A stretch of DNA of 36,201 bases, taken from NCBI GenBank assembly GCA_030672375.1, contig DAOVGP010000010.1, forward strand, positions 1-36,201. Reading direction: 5' to 3'. The translations under genes and the position numbers were made by a program. Origin of the DNA: Candidatus Aenigmatarchaeota archaeon (GTDB taxonomy: Archaea > Aenigmatarchaeota > Aenigmatarchaeia > CG10238-14). Below the pieces are notes generated by a model. The model had not been told where the DNA came from, ran no database searches, and saw only the letters and a program-made list of their open reading frames with translations. This document shows, one piece after another, positions 9,034 through 17,721 of the stretch; the first letter of the stretch is position 1; the number at the start of each line of letters is the position of its first letter.

Positions 9034-9831
9034 TTACTTTTTCTTTCCTTTCTTAAGACCTTCAAACAATTCATTGGCTTCTTTTGGTGTGGCATCTTCA
9101 TGAATTATCGATCTTAATGCTTTTATCATAGCAACTGGATGTTCGTTTTTCCAGACGTTTCTTCCTAAGTTCACACCAATAGCACCTTTTTGCATGCCAT
9201 CATACACGAATTCAAACACTTCAAGTTCTGTGTCTACTTTAGGTCCCCCTGCCATGACAACAGGAACTGGACATCCTTCTACAACTTTTTCAAAATTTTC
9301 ACACCAGTATGTTTTTACTATTCTTGCACCTAGTTCAGCAGCAATTCTACAACATAGAGCAAGATAACGAGCTGTTCTTTTTTCCATTTCTTTACCTACA
9401 GCAGTAACTGCCATCACTGGCATACCATATTCTTCAGCTTCATCAACGAGTCTCGCGAGATTTAACAGTGTTTGATGTTCATACTTACTTCCAACAAATA
9501 TAGAAAGGCCTACGGCAGATGCGTTAAGGCGTACAGCTTCTTTTATAGAAGTAGTAATTCCCTCATTCGCCAAATCTTCACCAACCACACTAGTTCCACC
9601 AGAAACTCTCAAGATGATTGGTTTAGTATTATTCGGATCTATACAATTACGCAAAACTCCCTTAGTAACAAAAATCGCATCACAATAGGGAAGTAATGGT
9701 TTTACAGTCTCGCCTGGTTTTTCCAATTTTGTGGTTGGTCCTTGAAAATATCCATGATCTATCGGCAAGAATAAACAATGACCATCTTTCTGTATCAATC
9801 TTGACAACCTATTTTTCATTCCCCAATTCAT
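9034..9831 (-). CDS. DhnA/FbaB-type class I aldolase (archaeal FBP aldolase / ADH-synthase / LsrF family)
   Basis: 265 aa. N-terminal LFLPIDHGYFQGP and a central IVKTYW segment (candidate Schiff-base Lys) resemble the DeoC/LacD-like class I aldolase family. Confidence 0.78.
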   Translation of the reverse strand: MNWGMKNRLSRLIQKDGHCLFLPIDHGYFQGPTTKLEKPGETVKPLLPYCDAIFVTKGVLRNCIDPNNTKPIILRVSGGTSVVGEDLANEGITTSIKEAVRLNASAVGLSIFVGSKYEHQTLLNLARLVDEAEEYGMPVMAVTAVGKEMEKRTARYLALCCRIAAELGARIVKTYWCENFEKVVEGCPVPVVMAGGPKVDTELEVFEFVYDGMQKGAIGVNLGRNVWKNEHPVAMIKALRSIIHEDATPKEANELFEGLKKGKKK

Positions 9832-9850
9832 GGGAACACCTCCTTAAATA

Positions 9851-10915
9851 TTAATCAAATAATCTTTTAATCTCATTGGGTTTAATAATTCCTTTCTCTG
9901 TTATTAATCCTGTCACATATTTTGCAGGAGTAACATCGAAAGCAGGATTTTTTACGTGAGATCCTTTAGGTACTATTCTGATTTTCTTCAATTCCCCTTG
10001 AGAGAATCCCCACATATGAGTTACTTCTTCCTCATCTCTTTCCTCAATCGGTATGTCTTTTCCATATTTAATGCTCATATCAATGGTGGTAGTTGGCAAA
10101 GCCACATAAAACGGAATCTTGTTTTCTTTTGCAATCACTGCTTTTTCATAAGTTCCTATCTTGTTCGCAACATCACCTTTTGCAGTTGTTCTATCTGACC
10201 CAACGATACAAATATCAATTTCTCCGTTTCTCATGTAGTGACCAGCAGCATTATCCACTATAACAGCATGATCAATTCCTTCTTGTAACATTTCCCATGC
10301 AGTTAATCTTGCACCTTGACATCTTGGTCTTGTCTCATCTACAAAAACAAATATCTTTTTCCCTCCATAATGAGCAAATCTCATTGGAGCTAAAGCTGTA
10401 CCATAATCAACAGTCGCCAAAGCCCCAGCATTGCAATGTGTTAAAACACTATCCCCATCCTTAATCAATTTGCTACCATACACACCAATATTTTTACATT
10501 TTTCAACATCTTCATCCGCAATACTGTTAGCTTCTTTAATTGCAATTTCTCTTTTTTCTTTTACTGAAATTCCTTTTTCTATCGATTTCAAAACTCTGTC
10601 TATCGCATAGAACAAGTTATATGCAGTAGGTCTGGTATTCTTTAGTGTCTCACTCGCTTTCCTAACATAATCATCAAATCCTGTGACCGGAGCCTCCATA
10701 CATGCTTGAGCCATCCCAAACCCTGCTGTTGCTCCGATAGCAGGAGCTCCCCTTACAATCATTGTTCTGATTGCTTCAGCAGTTTGTTTATGATCAAAAG
10801 AAGAATAAATCTCAAATCTATGTGGTAATTTTGGTTGGTCTATCATCTTGACTATATGACTTTCCATCCAGACGGTTCTAAACTCTTTTATCTGATTACC
10901 AATCTTAACTCTCAT
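9851..10915 (-). CDS. mtnA: Methylthioribose-1-phosphate isomerase-type (eIF-2B-related) sugar-phosphate isomerase
   Basis: The motifs RGAPAIG, THCNAGALATVDYGTALAP and GSDRTTAKGDVANKIGTY are MtnA-type. I chose the ATG at 10915; the ORF track extends to a TTG at 10936. Confidence 0.85.
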   Translation of the reverse strand: MRVKIGNQIKEFRTVWMESHIVKMIDQPKLPHRFEIYSSFDHKQTAEAIRTMIVRGAPAIGATAGFGMAQACMEAPVTGFDDYVRKASETLKNTRPTAYNLFYAIDRVLKSIEKGISVKEKREIAIKEANSIADEDVEKCKNIGVYGSKLIKDGDSVLTHCNAGALATVDYGTALAPMRFAHYGGKKIFVFVDETRPRCQGARLTAWEMLQEGIDHAVIVDNAAGHYMRNGEIDICIVGSDRTTAKGDVANKIGTYEKAVIAKENKIPFYVALPTTTIDMSIKYGKDIPIEERDEEEVTHMWGFSQGELKKIRIVPKGSHVKNPAFDVTPAKYVTGLITEKGIIKPNEIKRLFD

Positions 10916-10966
10916 AAACCGTAATATGAGTTCCAAATTTTAAAAATAATAGGAAAGGAGTTAAGA

Positions 10967-12283
10967 TTACTTTGCCTTATTCTTATCAGACTTTGATTTC
11001 TTACTAGGTTCTCTTTTTACTACTTCTAGAACAACTCCAGCAGCAACAGTCATTCCCATGTCTCTTATTGCAAACCTTGCCAATTGTGGAATATCTGCTT
11101 GTTTTTCTACAACCATAGCATGTGTTGGAACTACTTTAATCCTTGCAGCATCACCAGTCTTGATGAAATCTGGTTTTTCTTTCACTACTTGACCTGTCTT
11201 CGGATCGATTTTTGCGATTATCTCTTCTATCTTACAAGCGACAGATGCTGTTCCTAAGTGAAATACAGGTGTATATCCTGCAGTCATAACAGTTGGATGT
11301 TGAAGCACTATTATCTGCGCAGTAAATTCCTTTACTACTGTTGGTGGATTATCTGGACGTCCTGCAACATCTCCTCTTTTGATATCACCTTTTCCGACAC
11401 CACGAATATTAAAACCAATATTATCTCCTGGTCTAGCTTCTGGTTGTTGTTTGTGGAACATCTCGATTGACTTAACTTCACCCTTTGCACCAGAAGGTTC
11501 GAATATCAATGTATCCCCTTGTTTCAAAATACCAGTTTCTACTCTGCCAACAGGAACTGTTCCTACCCCTGTTACCGTATAAACATCCTGAATTGGAATC
11601 CTTAACGGTTTATCAATCGGTTGTTTTGGTGGAGTTATAGTAGCATCCATTGCCTCAACCAATGTTGGCCCTTTGTACCAAGACAAAGATTCAGATTTCT
11701 TGAAGACATTATCCCCTTTCAAACCAGACAGAGGAACGAAAGGCATATTGTCAACCTTAAAACCTATAGAACTCAATAATTTCTTTGTCCCTTCTACGAC
11801 TTCATCATATCTTTTTTGATCGAAATTTGCACTGTCCATCTTATTCACAGCAACAACGAGTTGATTTACACCCATAACTTTCATCAAGAATGCATGTTCC
11901 TTTGTTTGTTCTTGAACACCTTCCCCTGGTTTTGCAGAAACGACGAATATAGCGGCATCAGCCTGAGAAGTTCCAGTGATCATGTTCTTAACAAAGTCCC
12001 TGTGACCAGGACAATCGATTATAGTGTAGTAATATTTCTTAGTATGGAACGGACGATGCATTATATCAATAGTAAGACCACGTTCTCTCTCTTCCTTCAA
12101 TTGATCCATGACATAGGCAAACTCCCAAGTTTCTCTCTTCAATTCCTTAGCTGTGTCTTTTAACTTTCTCAATTGGTCGTCTCTTATCGCCCCAGAATCG
12201 TAAAGTAGTCTTCCGACTAGAGTAGATTTACCATGATCTACGTGTCCAGCAGTAATGATGTTGATTTTTGGTAATTCTGCCAT
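10967..12283 (-). CDS. tuf: Translation elongation factor EF-1alpha (aEF1A)
   Basis: 438 aa with [17 protein letters not shown] and NKMD GTPase motifs. A GGAGGTG Shine-Dalgarno sequence lies upstream. The protein has an unusual Lys-rich C-terminal tail. Confidence 0.96.
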   Translation of the reverse strand: MAELPKINIITAGHVDHGKSTLVGRLLYDSGAIRDDQLRKLKDTAKELKRETWEFAYVMDQLKEERERGLTIDIMHRPFHTKKYYYTIIDCPGHRDFVKNMITGTSQADAAIFVVSAKPGEGVQEQTKEHAFLMKVMGVNQLVVAVNKMDSANFDQKRYDEVVEGTKKLLSSIGFKVDNMPFVPLSGLKGDNVFKKSESLSWYKGPTLVEAMDATITPPKQPIDKPLRIPIQDVYTVTGVGTVPVGRVETGILKQGDTLIFEPSGAKGEVKSIEMFHKQQPEARPGDNIGFNIRGVGKGDIKRGDVAGRPDNPPTVVKEFTAQIIVLQHPTVMTAGYTPVFHLGTASVACKIEEIIAKIDPKTGQVVKEKPDFIKTGDAARIKVVPTHAMVVEKQADIPQLARFAIRDMGMTVAAGVVLEVVKREPSKKSKSDKNKAK

Positions 12284-12339
12284 TAGTTCACACCTCCTCC
12301 GACACTATTTTATATTCAATCATGTTTTTAAATATGTTT

Positions 12340-14529
12340 TTATTCGAGTTTAGGTACGTGTTCACTCAAACCCTTTCTCTTCCTTATCTTTAGGATTGTT
12401 TGGTCCCGTAGTTGTTTTGGAAGTCTCTCAAATATAACATCGATTAAACTATAAAAACCTTTCCCCCCTGTGGTCGATTTTAAAGAAGAGTTGAAGCCAA
12501 ACATCTCTGAGACTGGGATTTTGGATTTTATTATGGTCATTCCTCTTTCTTCTCTCATATCCAAGATTTTTCCTCTTCTGTTACCAACTTCCTTTATTGC
12601 TCCCCCCATCATTTCTGTGGGAACATCAATCCTTATGATCTGTAGTGGTTCAAGGAGAGTAGCATCAGCTCCCAACATACACGCTCTTATGGCACGCCTT
12701 ATAGCAGGAAGGATTTGACCTGGTCCTCTGTGAACAGGATCTTCATGTAGGTCAGAATCAGTTATAATAACCTTCAAACCAACGCAAGGTTCTCTCGTCA
12801 AAGGGCCTTCATCCATCCTATTAGTAAATCCTTCCTTGATCAGTTCCATAACTTCGTTCAAATATTGTACACCTTTAGTTTGATCAACAAGCATATTCTT
12901 GTTATGAATAAGTTTTAGTTTCTTTATTTCTCTCACGGGCATACCTAACTCTGACAGTTTATCCTGGAGTTGTAAGTTCTTCTTCTTTAATTTTATATTT
13001 GAAGGTACATCTCCTGATTTCATCGCATCGAGTACTTTTTTTTCTAAAGGTTCAACAAAAATACAAAATTTATTGTGTTTATTTGGTGATTTCCCTTCTA
13101 ACACTCCTGATTTCTTACTAATAGTCTCTCTGTACACGACTATAGGTGGAGATGCTTCGAACTCTATTCCTTTTTCTTTTAACTTTCTTTCCACTTTTGC
13201 ATCTAGATGCAACTCACCCAAACCCGAGACTAAGTATTCACCTGTTTCTTGATTAATCTTAACTTGAATCGTTGTATCTTCTCTCGCTAATTTCTTCAGG
13301 AAATTAATGAGTTTCACCAAGTCTTTAGGATCTTTCGGTTCCAAGGATTTAGTGACCACTGGCTCGAATACATGTTTAATCTCTTCAAATGGTTCAACTA
13401 AATAATCGGGCTCACAGATTGTTTCACCTGAGAAGGCGTCGATCAAACCAACTATTCCAACAATATTTCCTGCTGAGACTTCATCGACTTGAATTCTTTT
13501 TGCCCCTTTGTAAACACTTACTTGTTGTATTCTATTTTTCTTGTGTTGACCGACAAGATAAACCTCGTCCCCTTGTTTTATACTTCCAGAAAATATTCTT
13601 GCACATGCCACATAGCCAGCATGCGGATCAGGAACCATTTTAGTAACTACACCTATCAAATGCCCTTTACTTTCTACTGACACCATGGATTTTCCAATTT
13701 CAGATTCAAGTTCTCCTTTCCAGACCTTACCAAGTCTGTATTTTTGTGCTTCCAAAGGTGATGGTAGATGTCTAACAATTATATCTAAAATAACTTGATA
13801 TAAAGGAGCTTTCTTAGCTAATTCATCTTGTCTATTCTCATTAGTTGCATCAATAATTTCCTTGAAAGTAATCCCACTTTTTTGCATGTAAGGAATAGAA
13901 ATAGCCCATTTTCTCAATGCGGAACCAAAAGAAACAGAACCATCATTAACATTAACCACCCACTTATCTTTATACTCTTTCTCCCCGTATTTTTGAATGA
14001 GCATGTTTACTTCTCTGATAATTCTTTCAAATGTTTTTTGTATTTGATCTGGACCCAACTTAAGTTCTCTTATCAGTCTATCAACTTTATTGATGAATAG
14101 AATGGGTTTAACTCTATCTTTCAAACTCTGCATTATCACTGTTTCTGTTTGTGGCATTACACCTTCTACTGCATCTACAAGAACTATAGCACCATCAACT
14201 GCTCTCATGGCTCTGGTAACATCACCACCAAAATCAACATGACCTGGTGTATCTATCAAGTTTATCAAATAATCTTCACCTTGACAATTGTGAACCATGC
14301 TTGCATTAGCAGACCAGATTGTGATACCTCTTTCTTGTTCTTGATCGTCAGTATCCAGATAACGTCTTTGACCAGCTATTTCTGTAGAAATCATACCTGC
14401 TCCTGCAATTAAATGATCAGAGAATGTTGTTTTTCCATGATCAATATGGGCAATAGTACCAATGTTTCTTATATGATCTGGTTTATTCATCAAGTCCTTA
14501 ATTTTTTCTGCGATATCTTTTTCAGCCAT
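12340..14529 (-). CDS. fusA: Translation elongation factor EF-2 (aEF2)
   Basis: 729 aa with AHIDHGKTT, DTPGHVDF and NKVDR motifs, and the diphthamide-region string HEDPVHRGPGQILPA. Confidence 0.96.
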   Translation of the reverse strand: MAEKDIAEKIKDLMNKPDHIRNIGTIAHIDHGKTTFSDHLIAGAGMISTEIAGQRRYLDTDDQEQERGITIWSANASMVHNCQGEDYLINLIDTPGHVDFGGDVTRAMRAVDGAIVLVDAVEGVMPQTETVIMQSLKDRVKPILFINKVDRLIRELKLGPDQIQKTFERIIREVNMLIQKYGEKEYKDKWVVNVNDGSVSFGSALRKWAISIPYMQKSGITFKEIIDATNENRQDELAKKAPLYQVILDIIVRHLPSPLEAQKYRLGKVWKGELESEIGKSMVSVESKGHLIGVVTKMVPDPHAGYVACARIFSGSIKQGDEVYLVGQHKKNRIQQVSVYKGAKRIQVDEVSAGNIVGIVGLIDAFSGETICEPDYLVEPFEEIKHVFEPVVTKSLEPKDPKDLVKLINFLKKLAREDTTIQVKINQETGEYLVSGLGELHLDAKVERKLKEKGIEFEASPPIVVYRETISKKSGVLEGKSPNKHNKFCIFVEPLEKKVLDAMKSGDVPSNIKLKKKNLQLQDKLSELGMPVREIKKLKLIHNKNMLVDQTKGVQYLNEVMELIKEGFTNRMDEGPLTREPCVGLKVIITDSDLHEDPVHRGPGQILPAIRRAIRACMLGADATLLEPLQIIRIDVPTEMMGGAIKEVGNRRGKILDMREERGMTIIKSKIPVSEMFGFNSSLKSTTGGKGFYSLIDVIFERLPKQLRDQTILKIRKRKGLSEHVPKLE

Positions 14530-14588
14530 TTTTCTTCACGTAGATAAACTATCATTTTTAAAAGAAACTAATTTAAATGTTTTGATTT

Positions 14589-14795
14589 TTATCCAATATA
14601 TTTTACATCCTCGTCTACGTTAACTTTTCCTTTCTGCCTTTCAATCGCTTTCTTCAACTTCGCAACAAAAGCTTCCATCATAGGTAATGGTAAATACAAT
14701 TTGATTATCCTTTCCTTTCCTCTAGGAGAAAAACACATCAATTCCAAACAGAACATATTTCTTTTCCATTTTATCGAGAAAGCCTTTATCTGCAT
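14589..14795 (-). CDS. Hypothetical 68-aa protein between rps7 and fusA
   Basis: It is the only ORF in a 298-nt gap of an otherwise compact operon and lies on the same strand as its neighbours. I recognise no family. Confidence 0.3.
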   Translation of the reverse strand: MQIKAFSIKWKRNMFCLELMCFSPRGKERIIKLYLPLPMMEAFVAKLKKAIERQKGKVNVDEDVKYIG

Positions 14796-14827
14796 AAAAG
14801 AATATTTTGTTTGAGTTATTTAATCGT

Positions 14828-15427
14828 TTATCTCGCTCCACTCGCTTCTCTTTCAATTCTTTCCTTCTCTTTTATTGCAGTAGATTTAGAAGCATCATTC
14901 TTGTATGCATAGAATATCTCGTTTGTTAACGCGTCTGCCATAGTTTCTTTCTTCCCAAAGGATTTTCTGTAGGCAGATTGAACTATTATGGTAAAGGCCT
15001 TATCAACTCTTCTCTGTGGCGAAGTAATAACAGCCTTTCTAACTATGATCCCGCCCATCTGGTATGAGCTTATTTCTTCCCTTAATGCTGCATTCTCAAT
15101 CGCCCTGACAAGGATTTCGATTGGGTTTTCTTTTGTTCTTTCTTCCAATTTTTCGAATACTTTTTTTATTATATTTAGTATTGTTTGTGTCTTACCAACA
15201 TTTCTGCCAGATGACAACAGATGTTTTTTTCCTCTATGCCCAGGGACCATGAGTTTGTTTACGAGTCTTTCAACTATATTCACCTTAGATTTATGGAATT
15301 TATACTGGCTATACCTACCACCAGTCTTTGGAATAATGACTGGCTCTAAGTTTATGTAAGGCTTTAAGCCAAGGTCTTTTACTTCTACGTTGAAACTCCA
15401 CTTGTTGAATAATTTAAATTCTATCAT
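14828..15427 (-). CDS. rps7: 30S ribosomal protein S7 (uS7)
   Basis: 199 aa. LVNKLMVPGHRGKKH...A and the C-terminal IKEKERIEREA...R are typical of archaeal S7. It sits in the conserved position after rps12. Confidence 0.92.
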   Translation of the reverse strand: MIEFKLFNKWSFNVEVKDLGLKPYINLEPVIIPKTGGRYSQYKFHKSKVNIVERLVNKLMVPGHRGKKHLLSSGRNVGKTQTILNIIKKVFEKLEERTKENPIEILVRAIENAALREEISSYQMGGIIVRKAVITSPQRRVDKAFTIIVQSAYRKSFGKKETMADALTNEIFYAYKNDASKSTAIKEKERIEREASGAR

Positions 15428-15476
15428 TTTATGTCCCCTAAAATACAGTAAATTTAAAGATAAATTAATTTAAAGC

Positions 15477-15902
15477 TTATCTAACCGGTTTTTGTTTCTT
15501 CCCACTTAAAATTTCAGAAAGAGCTACCCCATTAACAGCAACGACCTTAAACTTTAATCCCCATTGGCTTCCTACGGGTCCTCTTTGACTTCCACCCACC
15601 CCTTCGATCAATACCTCATCATGTTCATTAATATGATCTATAGCACCCGTGCCCGGGACAAAAGCTGTAACTTGAACATTATTCTTTATCAATTGTACTC
15701 TCACAGCTTTTATCATACCAGAATGGGGCTGTTTTTGTTCAATCATCCTTTTATCGATAACAATACCTCTACCTCGAGGGGCGCCTCCCAATGGATCCTT
15801 TTTAGATAGTTGTAACTGTCTCCTCATGTATGATACGTCTTTCCACTTCTGCTTCTTTCTCTTCTTCTTTAGTTTTCTTGCAGCAAACATCCCCCTTGCC
15901 AT
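15477..15902 (-). CDS. rps12: 30S ribosomal protein S12 (uS12)
   Basis: 141 aa with [27 protein letters not shown] and VPGTGA motifs. Confidence 0.93.
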   Translation of the reverse strand: MARGMFAARKLKKKRKKQKWKDVSYMRRQLQLSKKDPLGGAPRGRGIVIDKRMIEQKQPHSGMIKAVRVQLIKNNVQVTAFVPGTGAIDHINEHDEVLIEGVGGSQRGPVGSQWGLKFKVVAVNGVALSEILSGKKQKPVR

Positions 15903-16318
15903 TACTTCACCTGAATATCGGATATATTGTGAACCCTCTTCAATATCTTCTTGTATGTTTTTATTTTTTCTCCACCTCTCCCTATGACAAGCCCTCTATT
16001 AATTTTGTTGACTTTAATTTCAACTTTTATTGAATCTTCATTATTTACTATCTTAACTTCTTTACACTGTGGGATTAAATTTTTAACAAAAGTCTCGATA
16101 TCACTCGAATACTCATAAACCTTCACTTTCTTTCCAACGATTCTCTCAACATTCTTTATGGAACTCCCATTTTTACCTATAGCTAGACCAATTTTTCCTT
16201 CTTCAACTACATAGTATATCACATCGTCAGTCATGAAACAATCCCTAACAGAAACATTTGTTATGTTCTCGAATAGTGTCAAGAGCCTTATACTTTCTGT
16301 CGTGAAAGTTATGGTCAT
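15902..16318 (-). CDS. nusA: Archaeal NusA-like transcription termination/antitermination factor (two KH domains)
   Basis: 138 aa. It carries two KH GxxG loops ([12 protein letters not shown] and [12 protein letters not shown]) and sits in the conserved position between rpl30e and rps12. Confidence 0.85.
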   Translation of the reverse strand: MTITFTTESIRLLTLFENITNVSVRDCFMTDDVIYYVVEEGKIGLAIGKNGSSIKNVERIVGKKVKVYEYSSDIETFVKNLIPQCKEVKIVNNEDSIKVEIKVNKINRGLVIGRGGEKIKTYKKILKRVHNISDIQVK

Positions 16319-16587
16319 TTCTTACTCCTCCTTATAGCTAAGATGCTGACTGAGAATGGCTTCCCACATACTAACCCAAGATTCACATTATCGTTTGGAT
16401 ATTCTTTAATTTCAACGTTAGATATTTTAGCGTTATGTTCTATCATTTTCTTTCTATCATCAGGTAGATTATTAGCATAAACTATGAGTTCAGGGCGACT
16501 AGATTTTAACGATTTCATAACACTTTTATATCCGAGTAAAACTTTATCTTGTTTTATTTTCTCTTTTATTAGTTTACTTATGTCCAT
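16315..16587 (-). CDS. rpl30e: 50S ribosomal protein L30e
   Basis: 90 aa. KVLLGYKSVMKSL and the GKPFSVSILAI pattern fit L30e, and the gene sits in the conserved position after rpoA''. Confidence 0.87.
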   Translation of the reverse strand: MDISKLIKEKIKQDKVLLGYKSVMKSLKSSRPELIVYANNLPDDRKKMIEHNAKISNVEIKEYPNDNVNLGLVCGKPFSVSILAIRRSKK

Positions 16588-17721
16588 TTACTCCTCGCCC
16601 AATCTTGAGATTAACTCGAACATACCTGTACCAATAGGAACCTGTTGATTTACCATAACATTATCGAATATGGCGTCGAATTTATCCTCTTCTTGTCTGA
16701 CAGACGCCCGCACTAGATGTTTTATAGTCTCTTCAAACCCTGCTCTAGTGAGGATAGATGATTTCATACCAGCCACACCATACCTTCCGATAGCTTTAAT
16801 TTCTCCAGTAAACGTCATCATATCCGCTACCAATAAAACATGTCTAACATCTATATCCAACCCTTGTTGTTGCATAGTAATCTTAGTCTCTCTTATTATC
16901 GTATTCCTACCGGCTTCTATACCTAAGACGCTAGCCATTTCATGTATGTTGTTTGTGTAACTCCTCTTTATATCTATCTCATTAAATGTCATGATCTTAG
17001 CAAAATTAGAACCCATAGTTGTAATAACCCAATCATTTTCTTCCTTAATTATTATACTGTTCTTTATTTTGGGGATTCCGGATACACAAAAATCCAACAT
17101 TTTTTTCTTGAGTTTTTGTAGGTCCTTAATCGATAAATCTTTCACTTCTGACTCAACGTTTAAAATATCACCTTTGATAAGTATCTTGTAATTCTTGAAC
17201 TTTTTCCTAAGATTTGAAATGACTTCGTTTTTCCTTGATTTTTTTAGTTTTTTCAACTTAACTTTTATTTTCTTGTTAGTTAAATCAAGAGAGACTGATG
17301 TTATCATGTTTCTCAGTGTTTTTTCTGTGATTTTTTCAGCAATCTTTTCAGCATGTTTCTTAGTATTGTAATTCTTCTTCAAATACAAAGACATCATAGA
17401 TGCTTTTGGCTCTTTCTTTGCATCAAATATCTCGATTAATCTAGGTAATCCTAAAGTCACCCTAATTCCGACTGAACCAGCGAAATGGAAAGTACGCATG
17501 GTCATTTGTGTAGCAGGTTCGGATATAGATTGAGCCGAAATTATACCAATAGCCTCTCCAGGTTCAAAAGAACTATTCATATACTCTCTCTTAACAGCAT
17601 CGATTAGTTTCTTTTCTTTGACAGAATTAAATTTTTTCTCTCTACAAATCTTCTTTATATCATCTAATATTCTACCCGGTAATAATTCATCCGAATATTC
17701 TGTCTGCGATTTTTTCGACAT
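16588..17721 (-). CDS. rpoA2: DNA-directed RNA polymerase subunit A''
   Basis: About 377 aa from the ATG at 17721 (the track extends to a GTG at 17730). [28 protein letters not shown] is the trigger-loop region. The start overlaps the 3' end of the preceding ORF by about 35 nt. Confidence 0.9.
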   Translation of the reverse strand: MSKKSQTEYSDELLPGRILDDIKKICREKKFNSVKEKKLIDAVKREYMNSSFEPGEAIGIISAQSISEPATQMTMRTFHFAGSVGIRVTLGLPRLIEIFDAKKEPKASMMSLYLKKNYNTKKHAEKIAEKITEKTLRNMITSVSLDLTNKKIKVKLKKLKKSRKNEVISNLRKKFKNYKILIKGDILNVESEVKDLSIKDLQKLKKKMLDFCVSGIPKIKNSIIIKEENDWVITTMGSNFAKIMTFNEIDIKRSYTNNIHEMASVLGIEAGRNTIIRETKITMQQQGLDIDVRHVLLVADMMTFTGEIKAIGRYGVAGMKSSILTRAGFEETIKHLVRASVRQEEDKFDAIFDNVMVNQQVPIGTGMFELISRLGEE

